Source: Hyphomicrobium sp.
Lineage (GTDB): Bacteria; Pseudomonadota; Alphaproteobacteria; Rhizobiales; Hyphomicrobiaceae
DNA: 35,920 nucleotides
Direction of reading: 5' to 3'
NCBI GenBank assembly: GCA_050179995.1
Contig: JBFXEP010000002.1
Location: 1 to 35,920, forward strand
Shown here: piece by piece, positions 35,764-35,920 of the stretch
Numbering within the stretch: position 1 is the first letter of the stretch
Layout: the number at the start of each line of letters is the position of its first letter
Notes under the pieces: model-generated
The model's database searches: none
The model's input: the letters and a program-made list of their open reading frames with translations, nothing else
Told to the model about the DNA's origin: nothing
Made by a program: the position numbers and the translations under genes

Positions 35764-35920
35764 GGTCGTCTCCTATGTCGTGCGAGCGGTTTCGGCCGCC
35801 GGCGAGCGCAAATCACTTGCTCCTATTTTAGGTGTTCGATGTTTAATAAGATACTTAAATTTCTTAGTGCTTTGCGTTATCCATGCAACTTATTGCGTTG
35901 ATTTTATTTCGTTTTCTTCT

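Noticed and set aside
35843-35858. CtrA binding site
   Set aside because: The TTAA half-sites are separated by 8 nt, not the 7 nt of the consensus.

Overview
GC-rich alphaproteobacterial (Hyphomicrobiales-like) chromosome segment with two parts. (1) About 1046-17378 is a ~16.3 kb integrative mobilizable element (IME), visibly less GC-rich than its flanks. It carries a tyrosine integrase, a three-gene putative defence operon behind a perfect alphaproteobacterial LexA box (unknown protein, Abi-alpha-like protein, RloC-like ABC-ATPase/HEPN), a long hairpin resembling an ssDNA promoter in front of a small SSB-like gene, a VirD4-like coupling protein operon with a 2-TM protein and a membrane J-domain protein, a MOBQ oriT and relaxase, a protein sharing the relaxase C-terminal tail, an arsR-arsC-aqpS-arsH operon and two small membrane-protein genes. 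The most striking observation is the insertion site. The element is not in a tRNA or CDS but inside the stem-loop of an intergenic REP-like palindrome. Joining the two ends at the shared CTTCGCCGG core restores a perfect REP hairpin and a REP doublet with the same architecture as an uninterrupted copy at 27915-28046. Arm-type repeats and IHF-like sites flank both cores on the element side. (2) 17529-35920 is ordinary core genome: an RND efflux pair, two tandem polysaccharide deacetylases, mgtE, a CorA-like protein, several exported or membrane proteins, DUF1489, a HisC-like aminotransferase and several short interspersed repeats. All family calls come from motif recognition by eye; no database search was run.
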